NCBI GenBank assembly: GCA_965205425.1
Contig: CBDBGZ010000009.1
Span: 480,001-544,000 of the forward strand
DNA length: 64,000 nt
Source of the DNA: Nitrosopumilus sp.
GTDB taxonomy: Archaea > Thermoproteota > Nitrososphaeria > Nitrososphaerales > Nitrosopumilaceae
Direction of reading: 5' to 3'
Shown here: piece by piece, positions 18,653-28,829 of the stretch
Layout of the letters: every line of letters starts with the position of its first letter
How positions within the stretch are numbered: the stretch's first letter is position 1
The notes under the pieces: model-generated
Seen by the model: only the letters and a program-made list of their open reading frames with translations
Databases searched by the model: none
What the model was told of the DNA's origin: nothing
Program-made: the position numbers and the translations under genes

Positions 18653-19832
18653 GACTTAGAGTAGAAACAATTTTGATAACATCGCCATTTTTTAGTTTTT
18701 GATCACCACTAATTCTTTGTTTTGTTTTACAATCAATTGCATGCAAGAATCCTTTTGCAATATCTGCATGAATTAAACCTGCCAAATCTTTAGCCGTAGA
18801 CTCTTGTGGAATTAATTTTGTATCAGGTAAAATAACACCATCCTTGTTTGTTAGTTTTGTCTCGTCTTCTACAGGATATACTACAATAAATTTTAGAGAA
18901 TCAAATACTGCAGTGTTCAAAATCTTTTGAATGCCAGTAGACGGAATTTTTGAAAAAACTGATTTTACTAAATCAAGAGCTTTTTGTTGTGGAGGTGGAA
19001 TTTCTTTTCCTTCAACAGTTGTAAAACCTTCATCACCAGAAGAATAGTTCACAATGCCAGCTTTTGATGCTTTACGTAAAAGTAATTCAGTTTCTGCACT
19101 ACATGGAATAACATTGTCTGGGATTTTTTTGATAATGTCAAGGTCTTGACAAAGATCTGCCTTGTTTGCTGCAATGATCATAGGTTTTGTATTTTTTCTT
19201 AATTCTTTTACAAAGGTTTCAATATCATCATCATTCCATTCTTTTGGATTTTTAGCCATAAATCCCAACTTTTGAAGAATTTCTTGAACTTGAAAATCTT
19301 TAATTCCTAATCCAGAAAATCTTTTTGCAATACCATCAGTAAGTTTTGCTCGCTTTTGATCTATTTCACGAGTCATTTTATCCCATTCTCTTTTCAAAAT
19401 ATCTGCAAACCATTGATCAAATTCATTTTGAACAAAAGCTACATCTTCTAATGGATCATGGGTTCCAACTGGTACAGGTTGTCCTTGTATGTCAGTTGTT
19501 CCAGCAATATCAACAACGTGAATCAAAACTTCAGCTTGTCTTGCATCATCAAGGAATTGATTTCCCAATCCCTTACCTTCATGTGCACCAGGAACTAGCC
19601 CTGCAACATCAATGAGTTTAACTGGAATGAACCTAGTACCATTTACACACAACTCATTATCATGTTTTATTTCAAAATGTTTGCAAGCACAGTCTGATTT
19701 CACATAAGCAACTCCAATATTTGGCTCAATTGTAGTAAATGGGAAATTTCCGGAAGCTACAGGAGTTTCAGTTGCAGCAGAGAAAAATGTAGATTTCCCA
19801 ACATTTGCTTTTCCCAATAACCCAATTTGCAA
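18645..19832 (-). CDS. ychF: Redox-regulated ATPase YchF (OBG family, TGS domain)
   Basis: GKANVGKST, NFPFTTIEPN, DVAGLVPGA, NKAD. Confidence 0.93.
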   Translation of the reverse strand: MQIGLLGKANVGKSTFFSAATETPVASGNFPFTTIEPNIGVAYVKSDCACKHFEIKHDNELCVNGTRFIPVKLIDVAGLVPGAHEGKGLGNQFLDDARQAEVLIHVVDIAGTTDIQGQPVPVGTHDPLEDVAFVQNEFDQWFADILKREWDKMTREIDQKRAKLTDGIAKRFSGLGIKDFQVQEILQKLGFMAKNPKEWNDDDIETFVKELRKNTKPMIIAANKADLCQDLDIIKKIPDNVIPCSAETELLLRKASKAGIVNYSSGDEGFTTVEGKEIPPPQQKALDLVKSVFSKIPSTGIQKILNTAVFDSLKFIVVYPVEDETKLTNKDGVILPDTKLIPQESTAKDLAGLIHADIAKGFLHAIDCKTKQRISGDQKLKNGDVIKIVSTLSRG

Positions 19833-19904
19833 TAATATAAAAAATCTAATTCTACTTATTAGTATTGCAGAAATCGTTTAATCTATGGATTATGATTTCA
19901 GTAC

Positions 19905-20453
19905 ATGTCAATTGTAATTACTGGTAATCCAGGAGTTGGAAAACATACCATTACACATGAAATTATTGAGAGATTGGAATTTGATGTGTTAGATATCAAT
20001 ACTATTGCCAAAGATTCAGGATTATTTGAAGAGAATGGGAATTCAAATGATGTAGATGTTGAAGAACTAGAAAAAATCCTAAAACAAAAGATTTCTGAAA
20101 AAAATGTAATTGTGGGACATTTGGCACCCTATGTTTTAAGAAAAAATCAAGTAAAAATTATGATTGTATTAAGAAGAAACCCTTATGATTTAATTCCAGT
20201 TTATAAAGATAGGAAATACTCTGATAAAAAAATCAAGGAAAATATAGAAAGTGAAATTTTAGGAATTATTGCACATGATGCAATTAATAAATTTCAAGAA
20301 AAAGTATTTCAAATTAACGTCAGTGATAAAACAATTTCAAAAGTTGTAGAAAATGTCATTTTGGTTATGACAAAGAATATTGGAAATGAAGAAGTTGATT
20401 GGCTAGAATTAGTACGAAAAAATAATGATTTGGGAAAATTTTTTGTTGATTGA
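19905..20453 (+). CDS. AK6/Fap7-type adenylate kinase
   Basis: ITGNPGVGKHT P-loop and IVGHLA. Confidence 0.85.
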   Translation: MSIVITGNPGVGKHTITHEIIERLEFDVLDINTIAKDSGLFEENGNSNDVDVEELEKILKQKISEKNVIVGHLAPYVLRKNQVKIMIVLRRNPYDLIPVYKDRKYSDKKIKENIESEILGIIAHDAINKFQEKVFQINVSDKTISKVVENVILVMTKNIGNEEVDWLELVRKNNDLGKFFVD

Positions 20454-20466
20454 TTAAATAACGCCT

Positions 20467-21996
20467 TTGATTTGGGTTAATTACTTGTTTGAAATATCCA
20501 AAACTGATTTAGCTGGAAGAATAGGTACACTCTACACAAATCATGGTAAAATTGAGACACCAGCATATGTTCCAGTAATTCATCCTGTAAAACAAACCAT
20601 CCCATCTAAAAAAATCAGAGAAATAGGTTTTGATTTAGTAATTACTAATGCATACATTACCAGAAATAATTACGGCGATGAAGCAATTGAAAAAGGAATT
20701 CACAAAATAATTAATTTTGATGGTGGAATCATGACAGATTCTGGAGGATATCAAGTTCTTGAATATGGGGATGTTGATGTATTACCACCAGATATGGCAA
20801 ATTTTGAAAAAGGTATCTTAACAGATTTTGCAATTCCACTTGACAAGCCAACAGGATATGGAATGCCAATTAAAAAAGCAGAGGCCTATGTGAAACATAC
20901 TCTAAATGTTTGTAAACAAACTCTAGAAGATAGTGCTGACAATGGTCAGATTTGGATAGGCCCAATTCAAGGAGGAGAACACTTTGATTTAGTTGGTAAA
21001 TCTACAAAAAGTTTAGTCAATATGGGATTTCAAATGCTTGCATTAGGAAGTCCAGTTGAATTTATGGAGTCATATGAATATAGATTATTAGCTCAGATGA
21101 TAGTGGCTGCAAAAAAACAGATGCCACATTCAATTCCTCTACATCTATTTGGTGCAGGACACCCTCTTACCATACCATTTGCAATAGCTTTGGGATGTGA
21201 TACTTTTGATTCAGCATCTTACATGCTCTATGCTAAACAACTAAGATACATTACAGATGATGGTACTCGCTATTTATCAGATATTTCCATATTTCCTTGT
21301 AATTGTGAAATATGTTCAAAATATACTCCAGATGAATTTCGTCAATTAGAAACTATTGAAAAAATCAATGAATTGGCAGTTCATAATCTGTATGCAATTA
21401 AGCTTGAAGTTGATAAAGTAAAACAAGCAATCCATGAAGGTAGATTATGGGAATATGTGATTAAAAAGGCAAGAGCTCATCCAAAATTATTTGAGATGAT
21501 TGAAGTTATGACTGAAAATTATGAATTTCTTGGTTTGAGTACGCCTAAATTTAAAGAGAAAGCTATTTTCTTATTCAGTAGAGAGGATCAATATAGACCA
21601 GAAGTTCAATCTTTCCATAAAATTGTTAGAAAGTTCAAATCAAAGAAAAAGAAAATAATCATCACTAAAGAATCCAATACAAAGCCAGGATATCTTTCTC
21701 GACAATATATTGGATTAAAAAAGAAACTCAAAGAATTTGAGTCATTCCAAATTTGCCAATATAATCCAGTTTTAGGATTAATACCAATTGAAATTTCAGA
21801 TATTTTTCCTGCTGCTCATCATGAAACATCTAGATTAGATTTTGAACCAAAGGAATTTCCTACATTTGAAAAAACATGGAATGATTTCATTTCAAACAAC
21901 AAATTTTCAGAAATACATTACGATAAAGAAGATGAATTCTTAAAATATTTTGTAAAAAGTTTGCCAAAAGAGATCAAGAAAAAATCTTTTGCATAA
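20467..21996 (+). CDS. tgtA: Archaeosine tRNA-guanine(15) transglycosylase
   Basis: ETPAYVPV, MTDSGGYQ, HLFGAGHP, DTFDSASY, CNCEIC...H zinc site. Confidence 0.93.
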   Translation: MIWVNYLFEISKTDLAGRIGTLYTNHGKIETPAYVPVIHPVKQTIPSKKIREIGFDLVITNAYITRNNYGDEAIEKGIHKIINFDGGIMTDSGGYQVLEYGDVDVLPPDMANFEKGILTDFAIPLDKPTGYGMPIKKAEAYVKHTLNVCKQTLEDSADNGQIWIGPIQGGEHFDLVGKSTKSLVNMGFQMLALGSPVEFMESYEYRLLAQMIVAAKKQMPHSIPLHLFGAGHPLTIPFAIALGCDTFDSASYMLYAKQLRYITDDGTRYLSDISIFPCNCEICSKYTPDEFRQLETIEKINELAVHNLYAIKLEVDKVKQAIHEGRLWEYVIKKARAHPKLFEMIEVMTENYEFLGLSTPKFKEKAIFLFSREDQYRPEVQSFHKIVRKFKSKKKKIIITKESNTKPGYLSRQYIGLKKKLKEFESFQICQYNPVLGLIPIEISDIFPAAHHETSRLDFEPKEFPTFEKTWNDFISNNKFSEIHYDKEDEFLKYFVKSLPKEIKKKSFA

Positions 21997-22034
21997 TTAA
22001 AAATAAGAAAAAAGAATGTGCTAAAAGATGCTGC

Positions 22035-22337
22035 TTATAGAGCGGCGTCTTCTGCCCAACCTTTGATGAAGATACCGTTTTTGTGAAGAGGTACTGGTTG
22101 TCCAGCAGTGTAATTCATTGGCCTCATCCAAAAGATTGATTTTGTTGGGCATACACCGATGCATGCACCATCAGAAATACATCTTTCTGGGTAGAAAACA
22201 AATGCTTTACCTCTCTTCCAGCCTTCAACAGGTTTTACCCTAAGGACATCAGGACCAAGAGTTGTACAGATTTCTACACATAGTGCACATCCTATACATC
22301 TTTGTTCGTCAATGTCTGGAAGTATTGCTATTGGCAT
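22035..22337 (-). CDS. Dicluster ferredoxin
   Basis: CIGCALCVEIC and CISDGACIGVCP motifs. Confidence 0.92.
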   Translation of the reverse strand: MPIAILPDIDEQRCIGCALCVEICTTLGPDVLRVKPVEGWKRGKAFVFYPERCISDGACIGVCPTKSIFWMRPMNYTAGQPVPLHKNGIFIKGWAEDAAL

Positions 22338-22382
22338 TACAAAATTAAGATTGATTGGTGACTATTTAAACCATGATTGAAA

Positions 22383-22401
22383 TTCATAACCCTGTTATGA
22401 A
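22383..22401. promoter_or_regulatory. Inverted repeat TTCATAAC-cct-GTTATGAA upstream of the ferredoxin promoter
   Basis: Perfect 8-bp arms located ~10 bp upstream of the minus-strand TTTAAA box. Confidence 0.55.
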
Positions 22402-22478
22402 AAAGATCGATTCAAAAAATATGTACAGAATCTAGATTAAAAAATTTAAAAAACAAAAAGATAACGTGATGTGCACGT

Positions 22479-22691
22479 TTATTTTCTCATTGCGTCTATT
22501 TGACCAGAAGTTACCCAGTCAAGTAGTTCTGCTGAAGATGGATTAAGGTCTGCTTTTTGATTCATCAGATTGTTAACCCAGATCCAGTTAATTTGGTTTA
22601 GAAGTACTTTATTTCCTTCATCGCCTGCACGAGTTTTTGCTACGACAGCTTGATCTTGTTGAGCTATCCACTCATCATAGGTTCGTCCCAT
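22479..22691 (-). CDS. Small hypothetical protein (70 aa)
   Basis: Clean ORF with an upstream TATA-like TTTAAT and a downstream T-tract. Confidence 0.75.
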   Translation of the reverse strand: MGRTYDEWIAQQDQAVVAKTRAGDEGNKVLLNQINWIWVNNLMNQKADLNPSSAELLDWVTSGQIDAMRK

Positions 22692-22804
22692 GAGGATCGG
22701 ATCTTAGCTTACACTAATTAAAGCTTTTGTAGATTCCATGACAGGCATAATGATCGGATATACGCTAAGAAGGTATTAAGGTAGATGCGGATTCATTTTA
22801 ATTC

Positions 22805-24070
22805 TTGAATGTTAAAGTTTTAGGTGCTGCAAATGAAGTAGGCAGATCTGGATTTTTAGTAGATTGTAACGGTACAAAATTACTATTAGATTATGGAGTA
22901 ATGTTTGGACGTAGAGGTTCACCTCCACAATATCCACTACATGTAAAACCAAAAGATTTGGATGCCATCATTATCACACATGCACATTTAGATCATTCAG
23001 GAAATGTCCCATCACTTTTTGTTAGTGGAAATACTGACGTATACGCTACCCCCCCAACATTTGACCTTTCAAAATTATTGATCAATGATATGCTAAAAAT
23101 TGAAAAAAATTCACATCCATTTGATTTACCTGAATTAAATAATATGATGAAAAATGCTAAAGAAATTGGATTCAAGCAAAAAGTAGCCAAAGGAAATGCA
23201 ACTTTTGAATTCAGAGAATCAGGACATGTGATTGGTGGAAGTACTGTATTGGTAGAATCAGAGAAAAAACGTCTTTTCTACACAGGAGATATCAAAACAA
23301 ACGGTTCTCGAATGCTTCGAGAAATGGATTTGGATATAGGAGAAATTGATTTGTTAATTACTGAGAGTACATATGCAAAGACTGAACAAAAACCAAGAAA
23401 AGAATCAGAAACAGAATTAATAGAGTTTGCAAATCAAGTCATGGATAGAAAAGGAATATTGTTTATTCCTTCATTTTCAGTTGAACGTTCTCAAGAAATT
23501 GCTTGTATCTTAAGAAGTGCAAATTTCAAACATAAAATCATCATGGATGGAATGGCACTAAAAGTAAATGAAATTATGTTTAAACATCCAGAATATCTAA
23601 GAGATCCTAAAGTATTTTCTGAAGCAATTAAAAGTGCAACTGCGGTAAGAGAACATTCAGAAAGAAAACGAGCAATGGGCGAACCTTGTGTTGTGATTTC
23701 TCCTGCTGGAATGTTGGTAGGAGGAAATGCAGTTTATTATCTTCAACAATTATCTTTTGATAGTAAAAATGGAATAGCTCTTGTATCGTATCAAGGTGAA
23801 GGTACACCTGGTAAAAAATTACTAGATACAGGAATGGTATCAACTAGAGGAAAAGATCTTAAAGTCCAGGCTGAAGTGAGACAATTCCAATTTTCTGGGC
23901 ACGCAGACAGAAAAGAGTTATTCGATATGATTAAACAAATTAAAGGAAATCCAAAGGTGTGTACTGTTCATGGTGATGCAGAATCATGTGAGATGTTTGC
24001 CAAAGAAATTCATGAACAATTTGGTTTAGAAACATTTTCACCTGCGGTAAATGAAGAAATTACCATCTAA
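22805..24070 (+). CDS. Beta-CASP metallo-beta-lactamase ribonuclease (aCPSF2-like)
   Basis: THAHLDHSG, GHVIG, YTGD, ESTY, FSGHAD, VHGD. Confidence 0.9.
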   Translation: MNVKVLGAANEVGRSGFLVDCNGTKLLLDYGVMFGRRGSPPQYPLHVKPKDLDAIIITHAHLDHSGNVPSLFVSGNTDVYATPPTFDLSKLLINDMLKIEKNSHPFDLPELNNMMKNAKEIGFKQKVAKGNATFEFRESGHVIGGSTVLVESEKKRLFYTGDIKTNGSRMLREMDLDIGEIDLLITESTYAKTEQKPRKESETELIEFANQVMDRKGILFIPSFSVERSQEIACILRSANFKHKIIMDGMALKVNEIMFKHPEYLRDPKVFSEAIKSATAVREHSERKRAMGEPCVVISPAGMLVGGNAVYYLQQLSFDSKNGIALVSYQGEGTPGKKLLDTGMVSTRGKDLKVQAEVRQFQFSGHADRKELFDMIKQIKGNPKVCTVHGDAESCEMFAKEIHEQFGLETFSPAVNEEITI

Positions 24071-24071
24071 G

Positions 24072-24914
24072 ATGCAAAATAATTGCATCATAAACGTAGA
24101 TAATTCAATCAATAGTGGTCAAGTATTTCTTTGGAAAAAAAATGGCAAAAATTGGTACGGTGTTAATGGTAGAGATATTTTAAAAATATCCGATTCTGGA
24201 ACTGTAAAATCTTATCAAAACATTAAAACTGATTTTTTTCGAAAAAGAGACAATATTGAAAAAATAATTAAATCAATTTCAAAAGATGATATTACAAAAA
24301 AAGCAGTTAAACAATACTTAGGATTAAGAATACTTGAACAAGATCCTTTTCAGTGTTTAATTTCATTTATTGTGTCATCAAACTCTAACATTCAAAAAAT
24401 CAAAAGTAGTTTAGAAAATGTTTCAAAAAAACTTGGAAATAAAGTAGAATTTGATAATCAAGAATTTTTTTTATTTCCTAAACCATCTAAACTTGCTAAA
24501 GCATCAATAAATGAGATTAAAAGCTGTGGTGTTGGATACCGTGCTAAATTCATTAAGGAAGCTGCAAAAATGGTATTGTTTAAAAAAATTGATTTTGAAT
24601 CTTTACAAAAAAATAGTTACCAAGAAGCAAAAGAAAAAATTTGTCAAATTCCAGGAGTTGGAAACAAAGTAGCTGATTGTGTTTTGTTATTTTCATTAAA
24701 CAAACTAGAATCTTTTCCCTTAGATAGATGGATGATAAGAATATTAGAAAAATATTATTCGGAACAATTTCAACTTGAAACTAAAACTATTACAGAAAAA
24801 CAATATGAGATTCTTCATAAAAAAATTGTAAATCATTTTGGTCCATTTGCAGGATATTCACAACAATTTCTTTTTAAGATGGAAAGAGAAAATTACCAAA
24901 AAAAGTGGCTGTAA
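24072..24914 (+). CDS. 8-oxoguanine DNA glycosylase/AP lyase (Ogg1-like, HhH-GPD)
   Basis: QDPFQCLISFIVSSN, GVGYRAK, HhH IPGVGNKVADC, FPLD. Confidence 0.9.
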   Translation: MQNNCIINVDNSINSGQVFLWKKNGKNWYGVNGRDILKISDSGTVKSYQNIKTDFFRKRDNIEKIIKSISKDDITKKAVKQYLGLRILEQDPFQCLISFIVSSNSNIQKIKSSLENVSKKLGNKVEFDNQEFFLFPKPSKLAKASINEIKSCGVGYRAKFIKEAAKMVLFKKIDFESLQKNSYQEAKEKICQIPGVGNKVADCVLLFSLNKLESFPLDRWMIRILEKYYSEQFQLETKTITEKQYEILHKKIVNHFGPFAGYSQQFLFKMERENYQKKWL

Positions 24915-25166
24915 ACCCTTAAAGTATGAAAATATCACTGTAAAAGAATTCAGAGAGTGTATTTTAGTAGAATTATGTTAAATTTGACATAATTTTATCA
25001 AAGATTAAGGCAACACCTCATGCCCTCTCTTGTACCCTGAGAACTTGTGATACTCATAGTCAGTAAAGGAGTTTGGCATTTACACTTACAAAAGGTCTTC
25101 ATCGATTCCATTATGACAAGGATCTAAATGAAATGCACGGATCGTTTTGTGCTATGTAATGGTGTA

Positions 25167-25382
25167 CTACATTCGTTTTACTGTCCGAACAAGCTGTAAC
25201 TGTCTCCTATTTTTTGTATTTCTTGGCCTTGTTCGTAACACAAAATTACAACACGGGCAGTGCTTTCCATCCCAATACATGAAAATATCACAAATTGAGC
25301 ACATCTTTTGGCCCTGAATGTATCTATTAATTCCATGAGTTCTTTTTGCCTTGTGTGATTCACAGATTCCTTTGCAGACCAT
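25167..25382 (-). CDS. Small Cys-rich zinc-finger protein
   Basis: CKGIC...CSIC...CPCC...LRTRPR. Confidence 0.75.
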   Translation of the reverse strand: MVCKGICESHKAKRTHGINRYIQGQKMCSICDIFMYWDGKHCPCCNFVLRTRPRNTKNRRQLQLVRTVKRM

Positions 25383-25601
25383 TTATGAAATTGTACCTGA
25401 AAATACAATATATCAACCAATAGGTCATCTTTTTGTATTAGATTAGTTGTATAATTGATTCAATTTGATCATATTCTCAATATTTCTACAGTAAGATCCA
25501 AAGCTGAGAATTAATTATTCTTAAAGCATGTTCAACCATATAAAACTAGCAAAAAGACCAAGAACAATTCCTATCCATAACAGGAATAACTGTTCCACAG
25601 T

Positions 25602-26213
25602 TTGATTCTCTATCCAAAGAGATTCAAAAACAATACAAAACTACAGAAGAAAAGCGATTGTCAAAACAAAAAAGAAAACGCAGTGACAATTACTGACGAT
25701 TCTCATGGTGACGCGCCACAGTTCAAAAAGTTACTTGATGAGGCACTACAAAACATTGAGAATTCTCCTAATGTAACATCATCTGAGAAATTACATGTTG
25801 GATGCGATGGTGCATATGATTCCAATGATAATTTTGATGAATGTGAAAAGAGAAATGTAATTCCAATTATTCCAATAAGAAAGAATTTCTCAGGTAAGGC
25901 AAAGGGCAGTACTGCAAGAAAGAAGCAAGGTTTCATGCAGCTTGGTAATTGTAAAATGAATCGTAAAAATGTGAAAATGTTTAATCATTTAACAAATGAG
26001 CAAAAGATACAGAATAGAAACAAATGGAAAATTAGAGTTGGTTATGGAAGACGCCAGTCTGCAGAGATTGCAATTTCCACATTCAAGAGGGTTCTTGGAG
26101 AGAATATTTCAGCCAGAGTTTGGTGTAACGTGATAAGGGAGATAAAATTCAAGGTCATGATTTACAATTTGATGATTGATGATGCATTAGCACAAGAGAT
26201 GAATCAGAATTAG
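25602..26213 (+). pseudogene. 5'-truncated IS5-family (IS903-like) transposase
   Basis: HGDAPQF, CDGAYDS and GYGRRQSAEIAISTFK (YREK-type) are present. The first catalytic-Asp region is absent. An IR-like end GAATTGGGAAACAAAGT lies near 26250-26266. Confidence 0.8.
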
Positions 26214-26311
26214 ATGTTTGATTTGTTTTGAGAATGAAAGTGTTAAGCAGAATTGGGAAACAAAGTTTACCACACTAAACCCTTAAAATGGTAATTAATT
26301 GCTAGGTTTTT

Positions 26312-26386
26312 GGGCCCATAGCTCAGCATGGATAGAGTGCCGGACTTCTAATCCGATGGTCAAGGGATCGAAGCCCTTTGGGCCCG
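26312..26386 (+). tRNA. tRNA-Arg (TCT), no encoded CCA
   Basis: GGGCCCA...TGGGCCC acceptor stem, anticodon loop CTTCTAA, atypical T-loop ATCGAAG. Confidence 0.93.
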
Positions 26387-26425
26387 CTTAACAAAATTAT
26401 TATTCCAAGTTAAGAGTAAAAATTT

Positions 26426-26776
26426 ATGAAAGATTTAGAATTCAAATTAAATTCGACAGAGATTCATCCAAATTCAGAAATTAAAGGAACAATATCAGTA
26501 TCATACCCAGGAAGATATGACGGCGTTGTGATAAATACACAAATTTTGGATTCAAACGAACATATTATTTACAAATCATATAATGAAAAGAAAATCTCTC
26601 AGAATGTTTCAAGATTATTTATCAACAAAGATGTAATGCCTGAACATAAAGCAGAATTTACTGCATTAATTGATTTTAAGCCAGAACAAGAACATGAAGT
26701 AAAATTTAGAGTTTCAATTATAGAACAGCATAAAGAAATTGAAAGTCAGATAATTTTTGCAAAATATTCTAACTAG
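26426..26776 (+). CDS. Hypothetical protein (beta-rich)
   Basis: 116-aa ORF with an upstream TATA-like element. No recognised motif. Confidence 0.65.
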   Translation: MKDLEFKLNSTEIHPNSEIKGTISVSYPGRYDGVVINTQILDSNEHIIYKSYNEKKISQNVSRLFINKDVMPEHKAEFTALIDFKPEQEHEVKFRVSIIEQHKEIESQIIFAKYSN

Positions 26777-27237
26777 AATCTACTCTTTTCTACTATAATT
26801 GAACCTTTCATCCATGGATGAGGTGTACAATGATAATGTACTTCTTGAGGTTCAGTAAACAGAAATTCGTATGAATCTCCAGGTTTTAAAACGCCAGTTG
26901 AACCAAAGTCTCCACTATAACCATCTGCATGACGGTGATCAGGAGTAACAGTATGAGCAGTATCATCATTATTCATCCATTGTACATTATTTGTGAATGT
27001 CAATAGAACAGTTGGATCATTTGGAACATAGTTTTCATTACCCTCAATTAATGCACCTGGAACAATTTCGATTACAAAAAATTCTTCTTCAGGATGTAAA
27101 ATATGATCAGCTACAGATGGTTTTGCCAGGGATTCAGGAAGATAAAATGAAGTGTAAAAGACGGTAACTGTACTCATTCCAACAAGTAATGCAATCAAAC
27201 CTATACCATATGCATGACTTGATGTAGGTGAACTCAT
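26773..27237 (-). CDS. Membrane-anchored plastocyanin/cupredoxin (complex III partner)
   Basis: N-terminal TM helix, type-1 Cu ligands in HTVT and YHCTPHPWM. Confidence 0.92.
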   Translation of the reverse strand: MSSPTSSHAYGIGLIALLVGMSTVTVFYTSFYLPESLAKPSVADHILHPEEEFFVIEIVPGALIEGNENYVPNDPTVLLTFTNNVQWMNNDDTAHTVTPDHRHADGYSGDFGSTGVLKPGDSYEFLFTEPQEVHYHCTPHPWMKGSIIVEKSRF

Positions 27238-28829
27238 TATTTTTTCACTCCATCAAGATCTGAAGAATTAATATTTGGATTTGTATCAGTTCCAACTCCT
27301 AAATCAGCTTGAGTTTTTGGTGTAGGTACTTCAGGTGCTAATTCTTTTGTTTCAGGTTTATCATTAGATGTTCCTTCACTTTCAGGTAGTTTACTTTGTT
27401 CTACTGTTGCTTCTGGCTCTGCAAGTTTTGGTTTCTCTTCAACTACAGGAATAGGTGCTGGTGGAGGTGCATTCTTTTGTTGACTCATTGCATATCTGTA
27501 AACATGGAAGAATGCTGCAAACACAAGCAAAATTATTCCAATATAGAACAATGAGATGTTCTTCATTCCTATCAAAGCTGCATTGTATGCTGCAATGTTC
27601 AAGAATACTTGGAATGCTAATAGTGCAACCAATAACCAGTTTATCCATTTTTCAGATAAATTGATAGTAGCTACCTTTTGCGGACCATTACTTTTTGCAA
27701 GTTTTGATTTTCTTTCTGCTTCATTTGCTAGTTTAATCATCATGTAAGTAAATCCAAATCCTAATGGTACCAACAAGATCATTGTAGAATAGAAGAATAG
27801 TGGATCAATTACCAAACGCTCTACTAACGGGATTGAGATGTCTGGTGAGATATAGAATCCCCAGTATGTTGTAACCATAATTTGGGCAAGACTGGTAATA
27901 CCAAATGCAGTAATTATTGGTCTATCTCTCCATGAGAATTTCTTGTATCTATCGATAAATGGAATTAGTACAAACGATATGATAAACAACAACGGCCACA
28001 GTAAGCCTGTAACAAATTTGTCATATTGCGTTCTCATGAATGCATAAATTCCTGTAAGATACCACTCAGGAACTGTAACACCAGGCGGTACAGTGGGTTC
28101 AAACTTGAATCCCATATCGATTGGGAAGACGCCACCAGTAATCAAAATAGCACCACCAATTGCCATAACCATTGGCACATCAAATACCAAGAATCTTGGG
28201 AAGTGTACTGCCATTAACCCTAGCATTACAATAGGTAACAAGAACACATGTTGTGCATAGAATCTTAATACAAAGTCGGAGAATCCACTACCCAGCGCCG
28301 CATCACGAATTGTAGGTCCCACAACGGGAATTGATGTCGTTAACGACGCGGCAATACTAATTGCAAGTTCCGCTCTTTCACTGAATATAACATCATATCC
28401 TGTAAAGGCTTCAAGAATAGTAACAGTACCAAGAATGACACCAGTCATCCACAAAACTTCGTTTCTAATTTTGTATCTTCCACTAAAGTATTGATAATAC
28501 ATGTGAAGAACAGCTAAAAGAACCATAGCGTTTGAACCATGGTAGTGAATATTTCTAATATGAAAACCGAATGGAACTTCATCATTGATGAATTGAACAC
28601 TATCCCAAGCTCTATCCAGAATTGGTTGATAGTAAAACATTAGCAAAGCTCCTGAAACTCCAAGAATTATGAATACAATGAATGTGAGCATTCCTAAAAA
28701 TCCAAACGGACTTACAAATCTTGCAGGGAATGAAAATTTAATTGCAGTGAAGATAGTTCTGTCTACTCCATCCCAAAGCCAATAAAGGAATGCTACAACC
28801 CCAGTTTTTCTTTCAAGCGAAACGGCCAT
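27237..28829 (-). CDS. petB: Cytochrome b of the bc complex
   Basis: RNIHYHGSN, LHMY, FYAQHVF, AVHF, PEWY, plus extra C-terminal TMs and a Pro/acidic tail. Confidence 0.93.
   Translation of the reverse strand: MAVSLERKTGVVAFLYWLWDGVDRTIFTAIKFSFPARFVSPFGFLGMLTFIVFIILGVSGALLMFYYQPILDRAWDSVQFINDEVPFGFHIRNIHYHGSNAMVLLAVLHMYYQYFSGRYKIRNEVLWMTGVILGTVTILEAFTGYDVIFSERAELAISIAASLTTSIPVVGPTIRDAALGSGFSDFVLRFYAQHVFLLPIVMLGLMAVHFPRFLVFDVPMVMAIGGAILITGGVFPIDMGFKFEPTVPPGVTVPEWYLTGIYAFMRTQYDKFVTGLLWPLLFIISFVLIPFIDRYKKFSWRDRPIITAFGITSLAQIMVTTYWGFYISPDISIPLVERLVIDPLFFYSTMILLVPLGFGFTYMMIKLANEAERKSKLAKSNGPQKVATINLSEKWINWLLVALLAFQVFLNIAAYNAALIGMKNISLFYIGIILLVFAAFFHVYRYAMSQQKNAPPPAPIPVVEEKPKLAEPEATVEQSKLPESEGTSNDKPETKELAPEVPTPKTQADLGVGTDTNPNINSSDLDGVKK

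Larger units (their letters stand above)
24912..26287. mobile_element. ~1.36 kb insertion bounded by the 12-bp direct repeat TAAACCCTTAAA
   Basis: Repeat at 24912-24923 and 26276-26287. It carries a Zn-finger ORF and a transposase remnant. Confidence 0.65.

Noticed and set aside
24924..26275. Casposon or provirus remnant
   Set aside because: No casposase, PolB, integrase or convincing terminal inverted repeats, and the tRNA 3' end is not duplicated.
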